From an uncultured Gemmatimonadales bacterium (GTDB lineage: Bacteria > Gemmatimonadota > Gemmatimonadetes > Gemmatimonadales > GWC2-71-9): a DNA stretch of 64,000 bases. The stretch covers positions 1,504,001-1,568,000 of the forward strand of contig CAVYSW010000003.1 of the NCBI GenBank assembly GCA_963771275.1, read 5' to 3'. The notes below the pieces were generated by a model. It searched no databases, had not been told where the DNA came from, and saw nothing but the letters and a program-made list of their open reading frames with translations. Below are positions 17,836 to 27,559 of the stretch, piece after piece. The position numbers and the translations under genes are program-made. Positions within the stretch are counted from its first letter, which is position 1; every line of letters starts with the position of its first letter.

Positions 17836-19602
17836 TCAGTACCTCCAGCTCGCCGTATCCGCCCCGGGCGGGTGGTTCTTGCGGATCTGGTCGGGGATCC
17901 GCGGTATGAACATCTGGGGGTAGCGCAGCCGGGACAGCGCGTTGGGACGGGTGTGATCGCCGTTCCAACAATGCTCGGCCCGGTCCCCGTAGTCGATCTC
18001 CCCCGCATAGTAGGGATCGCGCGTTCCCGTGAGGAAGTCCTCGACCAGGTAGACCGCGTCGTTGAGGTAGTACGTATCCATGTCGCCGACGTAGATGAAC
18101 AGCTTTCCCGTGAGCTTGGGGCCGAGGGTGGTCCAGTCGCGCCGGAGGATGTGGGACAGGTCGTAGTGCTCCCGCCAGTAACTCGCGACCGCGTGGTCGA
18201 TCACGCCGGTCGCCTTGTCCCAGATGGGCTTGGGATAGCCGTCCGCGCCCACCGGGGAGTACACCGCCTGCCAGATGTCCCACTGATCGCCCGACCGCCC
18301 GTGGCTGCCGAGCACCATCTCGCGACGGTTCGTCTCCTCGAGGGTCGCCGACACGTGCCCCAGCCAGTCGCGCTCGGCCGGTCGCGGGGTCCGCTTCCAG
18401 CGCGAGTCGAGGAAGTACGCGTTGGTGTCCTGGTAGATGTTCACCACGGTGTACGCCCGGAAGTCGATCGGGTCGGGGCAGGCCACCCAGGCCCCGTTGA
18501 ACTCGTCCGGGTAAAACACCTGGACGGCCATCGCTTCCCAGCCGCCCGTCGAGCCACCGTACGTGAACCGCGCCCACCCCTGCCCGATGCCGCGAAACCG
18601 CCGCTCGATCTCCGGGATCAGCTCGCGCATGATGGCGTCGCCGTACGGGCCGTTGTTCGCGGAGTTCACCGCGTACGAGTCGTCGTAGTAGGGCGTCGGG
18701 TGCTGGATCTCGACCAGCAGCACCCGCGGGAACCCCGGATCGGTCCAGTCCTTGTACAGCTGATACGCGGCCCGTTCCTGGATCCGGTTGTAGCAATCGA
18801 GCCGGAAGCGCGCGCTGTAGACGCAGGGGACCGTCGTATCGGGCGGCGTCTCGCGGAATCCGTCGAACGTGGAGGGGAAGTGTCCGTGGTCGATGACCAG
18901 CGGGTACCGCGCCTGCGGATGCGCGTCGAACCCCTCAGGCAGCAGGATGTGCGCGCCGAGGTACATCGGCGTGCCCCAGAAGTCGGTGAGCAGCTTGCTC
19001 TGGATCCGCACGTGCTTGATGTACTTGGTCTCCGGTGGATCGGGGATCGGCGGGATCTCCTGGTCGAGCGAGATCCGCGCCACGCCGCCCGATCGCGGGT
19101 CGATCGTGACCCAGCGCGGGATGCTGAAGAGATTGCCCGGCTTCTGGTTCCACTGCTGTCCCTCGCCCCGGTCGGGCGGCAGCTGCACGACGTGCCCGTC
19201 CGCGCGGCGGAACGTCGCGTAGCGGTTGAGCAGCGCCTGGACCCAGTACCGGCCGCCGGGCAAGTCTGCGAGGCGGTTTACCGGGTAGCCGGACACCGCG
19301 CCGTCGATGATCGCCTCCTTGCCAGGTGCCAGCCCCGCGACGTCGATGCCGAAGATCACCTGGGTGGCCGGGCCGTCCGAGATCTGGAACCGCGGCTCGG
19401 CGGTCGAGTCGGTCGAGACCATGAGGAGCAGGCGGCCGTCGAGCGGTGGCGTGCGGCGCGCGGCGGGTACGCTGATGGCGAATCGCGGACCCGGCGGGGC
19501 GGCGGGAACGGGCGGCCGGTGGGGGGCGTGGAACAGCGCGCTGGGGCCGGCCACGAGCGCGAAGACGGCCGATCCGGTGAAGGTCACGTGTAGTCGTCGC
19601 AT
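17836..19602 (-). CDS. Secreted esterase-like alpha/beta hydrolase (enterochelin-esterase-like)
   Basis: Signal peptide; LLPEGF....YP, SANNGPYGDA..ELIP.IE..F, YGGSTGG nucleophile motif, VGDMD and EH. Confidence 0.7.
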   Translation of the reverse strand: MRRLHVTFTGSAVFALVAGPSALFHAPHRPPVPAAPPGPRFAISVPAARRTPPLDGRLLLMVSTDSTAEPRFQISDGPATQVIFGIDVAGLAPGKEAIIDGAVSGYPVNRLADLPGGRYWVQALLNRYATFRRADGHVVQLPPDRGEGQQWNQKPGNLFSIPRWVTIDPRSGGVARISLDQEIPPIPDPPETKYIKHVRIQSKLLTDFWGTPMYLGAHILLPEGFDAHPQARYPLVIDHGHFPSTFDGFRETPPDTTVPCVYSARFRLDCYNRIQERAAYQLYKDWTDPGFPRVLLVEIQHPTPYYDDSYAVNSANNGPYGDAIMRELIPEIERRFRGIGQGWARFTYGGSTGGWEAMAVQVFYPDEFNGAWVACPDPIDFRAYTVVNIYQDTNAYFLDSRWKRTPRPAERDWLGHVSATLEETNRREMVLGSHGRSGDQWDIWQAVYSPVGADGYPKPIWDKATGVIDHAVASYWREHYDLSHILRRDWTTLGPKLTGKLFIYVGDMDTYYLNDAVYLVEDFLTGTRDPYYAGEIDYGDRAEHCWNGDHTRPNALSRLRYPQMFIPRIPDQIRKNHPPGADTASWRY

Positions 19603-19678
19603 GGCGGCAAACCTCCGGCGTGGGAACGTCAGGCTCCCCGGATAGCGTAGGCTGCGGAGCCCGGGGCCGCCAGAGCGA

Positions 19679-21949
19679 CTAGCGCTCGTGAAACAGCCAG
19701 TCCGGCGGTACCGGGGCCAGCGTGTCGCCTTCCCGGCGCACCTGGAGGCGAAGCTCCCGTCCGCCGCCACCCTGGAAGAACAGCACCTCGATCGGGTGGA
19801 GGCCCGCCGCGAGCGCGACCATGCCGGCGCGATCGGTGGGCGTGTGGTAGCCGTCGTGGTCGATCACCACGTCCTGCCCGATCCGCAGCACGCTGCCATC
19901 GTCCGACGTGAGCACGAATTCATAGATCCCGTCGGCCGGGACGCGCACGTAGCCCTGGAACCGCAGCCCGAACTCCTCCGGCCGCTCGAACCCCTGCAGC
20001 GTCACGCCTGGGGCGATGCCGTGGCGACGCGCGCGCAGGCTGGTGAGCGCGGCGGTCCGTGGCACGCGTCCCTCGTAATAGGTGAATCCCAGGCCCGGAG
20101 CCAGGTCCGCTTCCCGCACGGTCGCCGGGGCAAGCAGCGTCGTCCGCGTGAACCGCGCGGCGCGCGGCGGGCTCGCGCGGCCCCCGGGGAGCACGGCCCG
20201 GGCGGTGACCACCACCCCCTCGCGCGTCACGGGGAGGCGGAACGGGCCGTCATAGGCATGCACCGGTCCCTCGCTGGCGCCGACGTCCACCCGGTACACG
20301 ATCGTGGCGTGCGGCAGCAACGAGCCGAGCGTGACCGTCGTGGTGTCCTCGAGGCTCAGCCGGTCCGTCTCCAGGCCCGTCACCTCGGGCACGCGGTAGC
20401 GTACGTCGAGGCCGTCCAGCCGGCGGAGCTGGGCCGGCAGGCGCGCGGCGAAATCGCTCCAGGCGCGCCGCTCCCGGGGCGACCACACGACCTCTGACAG
20501 CGCGAGCATGCGGGGCAGCGCCATGTACTCGACGTATTCCGGCGTCTCCATGTACTCGGTCCAGACGTTGCCCTGGGCGCCGAGCACGTGCGTTGCCTCC
20601 GCCGGCGTGAGCGAGTCGGGCACGGGCTCGAATGCGTAGACCTTGTCGAGCGGCGTGTAGCCGCCGATCGCGAGCGGCTCGAACGCGGGGTCGCCCTGGT
20701 AGTGATCGAAGTACACGTGGCTCCCCGGGGTCATGATGACGTCGTGCCCCTGCCGCGCCGCCGCGATGCCGCCGTCCAACCCGCGCCACGACATCACGGT
20801 GGCCTCGGGCGCGAGCCCGCCCTCGAGAATCTCGTCCCACCCGATCAGCCGCCGGCCGTGCGCGATCAGGAACCGCTCGATCCGGCGGATGAACCAGCTC
20901 TGCAGCTCGCCCTCGTCCTTGAGATGCTCCCGCTCGATCACCGCCTGCGCCACGGGGCTCTCGCGCCAGCGCTCCTTGGGCGCCTCGTCGCCGCCGATGT
21001 GGATGTAGCTGCCCGGGAACAGCGCCATCACCTCGGTGAGCACGTTTTCGAGGAACTGGAACGTCCGCTCGCTGGGGCAGTAGATGTCCCGGTCCACGCC
21101 CCACACGGTCGAAACCTCGAACGGCCCCGGCGTGCAGGCCAGCTCGGGGTAGGCGGCGAGCGCCGCCTTGGAGTGGCCCGGCATCTCGATCTCGGGGATG
21201 ATCGTCACGTAGCGCTGCCGCGCGTACGCCACGATGTCGCGCACCTGGTCCTGCGTGTAGAACCCGCCGTAGGGAATGCCGTCGCCCACGTAGGGGTCGA
21301 CGTTCTTCTGGAGGATGGTCTCCTTGCGCCACGCGCCCACGCCGGTGAGGCGCGGGTACCGCTTGATCTCGATCCGCCAGCCCTGATCGTCCGTGAGGTG
21401 CCAGTGGAACGTGTTCATCTTGTACATCGCCATGAGATCGATGTAGCGCTTGATGAACTCCACCGGAAACAGATGCCGGCCGACGTCGAGGTGCATGCCG
21501 CGGTACGGGAACCGTGGGGCGTCCTCGATCAGCACCGCGGGGATGCCGCCCGCGGCGTCGCCCGTCGGCGGGATCTGCGCGAGCGTCTGGGCGCCGTAGA
21601 ACAGGCCGGCCGGCGTCCGCGCCGTGAGCGTCACCGCCTGCGGCGTGACCTCGAGGCGATATCCCTCGCGGCGCGCCGACGCGCTCGTATCGAGCAGCAG
21701 CGCGACCGTTGCGGCGCGGCCGGGCTCGGCCGCGGAGGCACCCGGCGCCACCGCCACGCCGAACGCCAGCGTGAGGTTCCGCGCCACGAGGTCGCGCAGC
21801 GCGCGGAGCTCGGCATTGGCCGGGTCGGAGACCGCCACGACGGTCTGGGCGGACACAAGGAACGCGCCGTCACCGGGGACGAGGCGGGCCGGTGCGGGCA
21901 CGATGGGAAACGAGGCCTGGGCGAGCTGCAGCAGAAACGGAGTGAGCAT
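19679..21949 (-). CDS. GH20 beta-N-acetylhexosaminidase with C-terminal Fn3-like and PA14 domains
   Basis: PRFPYRGMHLDVGRH, FHWHLTDDQGWR, PEIEMPGH, HIGGDE catalytic motif, WTEY; PA14 segment FVLTSDDGSVL.IG..VIDHDG.H. Confidence 0.95.
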   Translation of the reverse strand: MLTPFLLQLAQASFPIVPAPARLVPGDGAFLVSAQTVVAVSDPANAELRALRDLVARNLTLAFGVAVAPGASAAEPGRAATVALLLDTSASARREGYRLEVTPQAVTLTARTPAGLFYGAQTLAQIPPTGDAAGGIPAVLIEDAPRFPYRGMHLDVGRHLFPVEFIKRYIDLMAMYKMNTFHWHLTDDQGWRIEIKRYPRLTGVGAWRKETILQKNVDPYVGDGIPYGGFYTQDQVRDIVAYARQRYVTIIPEIEMPGHSKAALAAYPELACTPGPFEVSTVWGVDRDIYCPSERTFQFLENVLTEVMALFPGSYIHIGGDEAPKERWRESPVAQAVIEREHLKDEGELQSWFIRRIERFLIAHGRRLIGWDEILEGGLAPEATVMSWRGLDGGIAAARQGHDVIMTPGSHVYFDHYQGDPAFEPLAIGGYTPLDKVYAFEPVPDSLTPAEATHVLGAQGNVWTEYMETPEYVEYMALPRMLALSEVVWSPRERRAWSDFAARLPAQLRRLDGLDVRYRVPEVTGLETDRLSLEDTTTVTLGSLLPHATIVYRVDVGASEGPVHAYDGPFRLPVTREGVVVTARAVLPGGRASPPRAARFTRTTLLAPATVREADLAPGLGFTYYEGRVPRTAALTSLRARRHGIAPGVTLQGFERPEEFGLRFQGYVRVPADGIYEFVLTSDDGSVLRIGQDVVIDHDGYHTPTDRAGMVALAAGLHPIEVLFFQGGGGRELRLQVRREGDTLAPVPPDWLFHER

Positions 21950-22171
21950 GGGGCGCGTCGTGGAGTCGCGGGTGGTGAGCCGTGCGTCGGTCGCGATGCG
22001 CCGACCGGGGATCCGGCGGAAGGTACGGGCGCCGCCGCGCGCGGGCCAGCGTCCCGCCGGTGAGCACGTTCTCGCCGGCGGGGTGGACACCGGTCGGGTG
22101 TGGCCGTATAGTCACGCGCGTCCTGGATCGGTTGCCGCGATCCGTCGGTCCACGTCTTCTGGAGGATCCCA

Positions 22172-22621
22172 ATGCGCAGGCTCGCCCTACTCTGTGGTGC
22201 CGTCCTTCTCATCGGCTGTGCGCGCTCCGAGCAGCAGAATGCCGGCGCCGCGGGCGCCCCGCCGGCCATGCTCTCGCTCGCGGACGTCGCCGGCGTGTGG
22301 AACGTGAACTCGATGGCCGAGGCGAGCGACAGCGTGCTGGTGAGCTACCAGATGACGACCACCGCCGACACCGCGGGGTGGACGGTCACCTTCCCGGGCC
22401 GCGAGCCGATTCCGGTGCGCGGCATCACCGTGGCCGGCGACAGCATCGTGTCGGACATGGGTCCCTACGAGAGCGTGCTGCGCCCCGGCGTGATGGTGTC
22501 GGTCCACACGGTTTCCCGGCTCGAGAATGGCAAGCTGGTGGGGCACTTCACGGCGCACTACGCGGGCGGCGGGGCGGACAGCGTCTTCAACGGCCGGTTG
22601 CAGGGCGTGCGCGCCCAGTAG
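22172..22621 (+). CDS. Hypothetical lipoprotein (beta-rich)
   Basis: GGAGG RBS; lipobox LIGC; beta-strand pattern starting AGVWNV. Confidence 0.7.
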   Translation: MRRLALLCGAVLLIGCARSEQQNAGAAGAPPAMLSLADVAGVWNVNSMAEASDSVLVSYQMTTTADTAGWTVTFPGREPIPVRGITVAGDSIVSDMGPYESVLRPGVMVSVHTVSRLENGKLVGHFTAHYAGGGADSVFNGRLQGVRAQ

Positions 22622-22727
22622 CGATCGCGTCCGGGCGGGGCAGGGGCGGCGCTCCCGCGGAGCGGGGACGCCGCCCCGCGTCATGCCCGGCCACCCGTTA
22701 CCGCAATCCAGAGGTAGCTTCCAGTCC

Positions 22728-24050
22728 ATGATCGCTGATCGGCTTCGCTGCGGTCGCGCCACCGGCCTGATCGCGCTCGCACTCTGGGGTCCCGCCAGGG
22801 CCGTGGGACAGGCACCGTACGTGGCCACATCCGAGAACCGCGCCGCGCGAGAGGCGTTCCAGGACGCCAAGTTCGGGATGTTCATCCACTGGGGCATCTA
22901 CAGCCTGCTGCAGGACGGCGAGTGGGTGATGAACAACCGCGACCTCACGGTCGCGGAATACGAGACCCTCGCCCCGCAATTCAATCCCGTCAAGTTCGAT
23001 CCGGCCGCCTGGGTGGCGCTCGCCAAGGCGGCGGGCATGCGGTACATCACGATCACGAGCAAGCACCACGACGGCTTCGCGATGTTCGACTCGAAGGTGT
23101 CGGACTGGGACATCGTGGACCGCACGCCGTACGGCCGCGACGTGCTGCGGCCGCTGGCCGAGCAGGCGCGGAACCAGGGGCTCACGATCTTCTTCTACTA
23201 CTCGCAGCTCGACTGGCACCATCCGGACTACTACCCGCGCGGGCAGACGGGCCAGCGCGCAGGCCGTCCGGACCAGGGGGACTGGTCCCGCTATCTCGAC
23301 GACATGGATGGCCAGCTCCGCGAGCTGCTCACCAACTACGGGCCGATCGGCGGGATCTGGTTCGACGGCATGTGGGACCGCTACGAGGCCGACTGGCGGC
23401 TGGCGCGCACCTACGGGATGATCCACACGCTGCAGCCGGCGGCGCTGATCGGGTCGAACCACCACCGGCTGCCGTACCCCGGCGAGGACTTCCAGATGTT
23501 CGAGAAGGACCTGCCGGGGCAGAACACCATCGGCTTCAACACGACCAAGGTCGGCGCGCTGCCGCTCGAGACCTGCGAGACGATGAACGGCTCGTGGGGC
23601 TACCGGCTGACCGATCGCGCCTTCAAGAGCAGCGCGCAGCTGATCGGGTATCTGGTGAACGCGGCCGGTCGGGATGCCAACCTCCTGCTCAACGTGGGCC
23701 CCATGCCCACCGGCGAGATCCAGCCCGAGTTCGCCGCTCGGCTGCGCGAGGTGGGCGCGTGGCTGGCGACGCACGGCGAGGCGATCTACGGCACGCGCGG
23801 CGGGCCAATCCCGCCGCGACCGTGGGGCGTCACGACACGGCAGGGCGATCGGGTGTACGTGCACGTGCTCGACTGGACCGACCCCGAGCTGGCGCTGCCC
23901 GTGCTGCCGCGCCGCGTGCAGGCGGCGCGGCTGCTGGTGGGCGGCGCCCGGGTGCCGTTCCGGGTGAGCCCGCAGGGCGTGACGCTGACGCTGCCGGCCC
24001 GGTTGGCCGGTGAGGTAGATCAGATCGTCGTACTCGAGCTGGCGAGGTGA
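22728..24050 (+). CDS. GH29 alpha-L-fucosidase
   Basis: AKFGMFIHWGIYS, TSKHHDGFAMF, YYSQLDWH, IWFDG nucleophile, ETCETM..SWGY, NLLLNVGP; signal peptide. Confidence 0.93.
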   Translation: MIADRLRCGRATGLIALALWGPARAVGQAPYVATSENRAAREAFQDAKFGMFIHWGIYSLLQDGEWVMNNRDLTVAEYETLAPQFNPVKFDPAAWVALAKAAGMRYITITSKHHDGFAMFDSKVSDWDIVDRTPYGRDVLRPLAEQARNQGLTIFFYYSQLDWHHPDYYPRGQTGQRAGRPDQGDWSRYLDDMDGQLRELLTNYGPIGGIWFDGMWDRYEADWRLARTYGMIHTLQPAALIGSNHHRLPYPGEDFQMFEKDLPGQNTIGFNTTKVGALPLETCETMNGSWGYRLTDRAFKSSAQLIGYLVNAAGRDANLLLNVGPMPTGEIQPEFAARLREVGAWLATHGEAIYGTRGGPIPPRPWGVTTRQGDRVYVHVLDWTDPELALPVLPRRVQAARLLVGGARVPFRVSPQGVTLTLPARLAGEVDQIVVLELAR

Positions 24051-24817
24051 GGCGGATGGCCGGACGGATACCGGTGGAAGCGTGTGTGGACTCAGTGGAG
24101 TCGGCCCTCGCGGCGGAGCGCGGTGGCGCGGCGCGGGTCGAGCTGTGTGCCAACCTCGCCGAGGGCGGCACCACGCCGAGCGGGGCGACGATCGCGGTCT
24201 GCCGCGCGCGGCTCGGCATCCCGATCCACGTGCTCGTGCGGCCGCGCGGCGGGGACTTTCACTACTCCGACCTCGAGGTCGAGGTGATGCGTCGCGACAT
24301 CCAGCTCGCCAAGGAGCTCGGGGCGCACGGCATCGTGATCGGCGTGCTGCGGCGCAACGCGACCGTCGACGTCGAGCGGACCACCGCGCTCATCGAGGTG
24401 GCGCGGCCCTTGAGCGTCACGTTTCACCGGGCGTTCGACGTGACGCGCGACGCCGAGCGCGCCCTGGAGGACGTGATCGGGTCCGGCGCCGACCGGGTGC
24501 TGACGTCGGGACAGGCGGGGACCGCCGTCGACGGCAGCAAGCTGATCGGCCAGCTCGTGCGTCACGCGGGTGACGCGATCGGGATCGTCGCGGCCGGCGG
24601 GATCAACGGCCAGAACGTCGCCCGCCTCACCGCGGAAACCCGGGTGCGCGAGGTGCACCTGCGCGGTGCCGCGCTGGTGCACAGCAGCATGGACTATCAC
24701 CCCGGCGGCGTGCGGTTGGGCGTGCAGCTGGCCGACAGCGAGGCGGACTGGCTCGCCACCGATCCGGCCCAGATCCGCGCGGTCGTGACCGCCCTGGCAG
24801 GGATGGGTGGGAAATAG
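24047..24817 (+). CDS. cutC: CutC-family TIM-barrel protein (annotated as copper homeostasis)
   Basis: RVELCANLAEGGTTPS, VRPRGGDF.Y, TFHRAFD, RVLTSG, GGI motifs; GTGA overlap with the fucosidase stop. Confidence 0.93.
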   Translation: MRRMAGRIPVEACVDSVESALAAERGGAARVELCANLAEGGTTPSGATIAVCRARLGIPIHVLVRPRGGDFHYSDLEVEVMRRDIQLAKELGAHGIVIGVLRRNATVDVERTTALIEVARPLSVTFHRAFDVTRDAERALEDVIGSGADRVLTSGQAGTAVDGSKLIGQLVRHAGDAIGIVAAGGINGQNVARLTAETRVREVHLRGAALVHSSMDYHPGGVRLGVQLADSEADWLATDPAQIRAVVTALAGMGGK

Positions 24818-26468
24818 CCGGCGCGAATTTCTCGCTTGTGTAGGTGCAGCGGGCGCCGCCCACGCGGCGGCGGCACTTCTGCCGCCCGGACTCCGGGCGG
24901 ATCGCGCCCCGGCGCGCGCCGTCCCCTCCGTGGCGCAGGCGGCGTGGCAGGACCGCGAGGTCGGGATGTTCGTGCATTTCGCGCCGAACACGTGGCAGGA
25001 TCGCGAGTACGACGACCGCACCACGCCGCTCTCGGCGATCAACTCCGACATCGACACCGACCAGTGGGTCGCGGTCGCCGAGTCGCTCGGCGCGCGCTAC
25101 ATCGTGCTGGTGGCGAAGCACGCCGGCGGGTTCTGCCTGTGGCAGACCGACACGACGGACTACGGCATCCGCGGCACGCCGTGGCGCGGCGGCCGCGGCG
25201 ACGTCATGGCGGATCTCGGCGCGTCGTGCGCGCGCCGCGGGCTCGGCCTGGGCGTGTACCTGTCGCCCCGGGACGACACGTTCGGGGCGGGACAGGCGGG
25301 GCGCTGCGCCACGCCGGAGCTGCAGCAGCGTTACGACGCCGTGTATCGCCGGCAGCTGGTCGAGCTGCTCACGGGCTACGGGCCGATCATGGAGCTGTGG
25401 TTCGACGGCAGCAGCGTCGTGCCGACCGGCGACCTGATCCGGCGCTACGCGCCGGCGGCGATGGTGTTTCAGGGGCCGCAGGCCACGGTCCGCTGGGTGG
25501 GCAACGAGGACGGTTTCGCGCCGTACCCGGCGTGGAACGCGCTCGCGGCGAGCGACGCGGCCACCGGAGTGGCCACGGCGCTCCATGGTGATCCCGACGG
25601 CGACGTGTGGATGCCGCTCGAGGTGGACGTGTCGCTGCGCCGGCCGCGGTGGTTCTGGAGCACCACCAACCACGTCAACCTGCTCTCGCTCGACGCGCTG
25701 CTCGAGATCTACTACCGGTCTGTGGGACGCGGCGCGCAGCTCCTGCTCAACGTCCCGCCCGATCGGACCGGGCGCATTCCGGAGACCGATGCACGGCGTG
25801 TCGCCGAATTCGGCGCGGAGGTCAGGCGCCGGTTCGGACGCCCGCTGGCCGAAACGGACGGGCGAGGTGGGGGAGTGACGGTCGCGTTGCCCGCTCCGCA
25901 CCGGGTGGACCACGTGGTGCTGGCGGAGGACATCGCGGGCGGGGAGCGGGTCCGCGCGTACCGCCTGGAGGGCCGGACGGGCGGGCAGTGGACGGAGCTG
26001 GGCTCGGGCTCCGCGATCGGCCACAAGCGGATTCAGCCGATCGGTCCGGCAGCGGTCGACGCGGTGCGGCTCATCGTCACCGCGTCCGCCGCCGAGCCGC
26101 TGATCGCGCGGCTCGCGGTGTTCGACACCGGGGTTGCCCCGCCCGCGGCGTGGGCCGCGCCCGCGCCCGTCTGGGCGGATAACGCGATCGGGCACTGGGC
26201 CCATGGCGAGCTGGCGCTCGACCTGAGCGGCGCCATCCCGGTCCCGGGCACCTACCGGCTGCGGCTCGTGTCGGGGACGGGAGAGCGCGTGGCGCTGCGG
26301 GATCCGGCGCTGTCGGTGGGCGGCCGCCAGCAGCCGCAGCTGGTGCGCGCCGAAGCGGGTCGCCCCGACGTGCTGCTGCTCACCATCACCGAAATCGGCC
26401 AGCGGATCGCGGTCCGTGGGACGATCCGGGGGGCCGCACGCGGCACGGCGCTCTTGCGGCGGCTCTGA
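24807..26468 (+). CDS. Tat-exported GH29 alpha-L-fucosidase with C-terminal beta-sandwich domains
   Basis: SRREFL twin-arginine signal; MFVHF.PNT, AKHAGGFCLW, GVYLSP, LWFDG, RWVGNE.G, YYRSVGRGAQLLLNVPP, IGHKRI. Confidence 0.88.
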   Translation: MGNSRREFLACVGAAGAAHAAAALLPPGLRADRAPARAVPSVAQAAWQDREVGMFVHFAPNTWQDREYDDRTTPLSAINSDIDTDQWVAVAESLGARYIVLVAKHAGGFCLWQTDTTDYGIRGTPWRGGRGDVMADLGASCARRGLGLGVYLSPRDDTFGAGQAGRCATPELQQRYDAVYRRQLVELLTGYGPIMELWFDGSSVVPTGDLIRRYAPAAMVFQGPQATVRWVGNEDGFAPYPAWNALAASDAATGVATALHGDPDGDVWMPLEVDVSLRRPRWFWSTTNHVNLLSLDALLEIYYRSVGRGAQLLLNVPPDRTGRIPETDARRVAEFGAEVRRRFGRPLAETDGRGGGVTVALPAPHRVDHVVLAEDIAGGERVRAYRLEGRTGGQWTELGSGSAIGHKRIQPIGPAAVDAVRLIVTASAAEPLIARLAVFDTGVAPPAAWAAPAPVWADNAIGHWAHGELALDLSGAIPVPGTYRLRLVSGTGERVALRDPALSVGGRQQPQLVRAEAGRPDVLLLTITEIGQRIAVRGTIRGAARGTALLRRL

Positions 26469-26493
26469 GCGCCCCTCAGGTGAACGGGCCCGG

Positions 26494-27015
26494 CTACGGC
26501 AGGGCCGCGCCGAGGCCGACCTGGAACGTGACCTCGTTCAGATCGCAGCCGCTGCACAGCCAGCGCCGGTAGCCCCCTTCGAGGCGGACGCCGAGCCGCT
26601 GCTTCACCAGGAAGCGGAATCCCAGCGCGCCGCCGGCGACGCCACTGTCGGCCCCGTCCCCCAGACGGACCCAGCCCCCGTTGACGGCGACATACGGCGC
26701 GGCGTGTTCGCTCGCGCCGAGCAGGAACCCGATCTGCATCACACTGCTCAGCGCCACGTCGCTGGCGGCCGACGAGTACAGCAGGCCGACCTGCGGCTCC
26801 AGCATCATCCGGCCGGCGAAGATCGTGGCGTAGAGGGTCGAGTATGGGAAGAGGAACGACGTCGGCCCGGGCAGCCCGACGAGAACCTCCGAGTTGCCGC
26901 CGGAGAACGCGAGGACCCCGCCGACGCGGGAGCCGATCTCGAGCTTGGTAGGCTGCTGGGCGCTCGCGGCGGAGCCGCAGACCAGGGTGGCGAGCAGGAC
27001 GGTGAGGCTGCGCAT
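26494..27015 (-). CDS. Small outer-membrane beta-barrel protein
   Basis: Signal peptide (ASA-Q); amphipathic strands APYV..GG, LGFRF, VRLEGGY, FQVGLG. Confidence 0.65.
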   Translation of the reverse strand: MRSLTVLLATLVCGSAASAQQPTKLEIGSRVGGVLAFSGGNSEVLVGLPGPTSFLFPYSTLYATIFAGRMMLEPQVGLLYSSAASDVALSSVMQIGFLLGASEHAAPYVAVNGGWVRLGDGADSGVAGGALGFRFLVKQRLGVRLEGGYRRWLCSGCDLNEVTFQVGLGAALP

Positions 27016-27178
27016 GTTGGACTCCAAGGCCAGAGGTGTCTGCTCAGTGCCGCACCGGCGTCAAGTGAGCGTCAAGCGCACCCGGCAACCAGTCTATCGC
27101 GAGGGGGACCGCTACCTTACTCTCAGGATACATCCGGCGGTTCTGCCGGGGATACCCCCCTGGCACATGGGAGGGGTC

Positions 27179-27559
27179 GTGGCACGCATCCTCGTGGTCG
27201 ACGACGACGCGGCAATCCGGAGCGTGATGCGGCGGTGCCTGGCGCTCGACGGGCACGATGTCGAGGAAGCCGCCACGGGGCGCGAAGCGCTCAAGCTGTT
27301 TCGCGCCGAGCCGATGGAGCTCGTGATCACCGACCTCTACATGCCCGACATGGACGGCCTCGAGTTCACGCGCCGTCTGATCCAGGAGTTCGTCGGCACG
27401 AAAGTGATCGCGATGTCCGGCGGGGCCCTGCAGAAACCGGCGGACGCGCTCGCCGTCGCGAGCCAGCTCGGCGCGATGGCGACCCTCGCCAAGCCGTTCA
27501 GCGTGGCGGAGCTCCGTAGCGTGGTGCGGCGGGCGCTGCAGGGGTCGGAGGGCTCCTGA
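27179..27559 (+). CDS. Single-domain response regulator (receiver)
   Basis: ILVVDDD, ITDLYMPDMDG, AMSG, LAKPF; GGAGG RBS before GTG27179. Confidence 0.92.
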   Translation: MARILVVDDDAAIRSVMRRCLALDGHDVEEAATGREALKLFRAEPMELVITDLYMPDMDGLEFTRRLIQEFVGTKVIAMSGGALQKPADALAVASQLGAMATLAKPFSVAELRSVVRRALQGSEGS

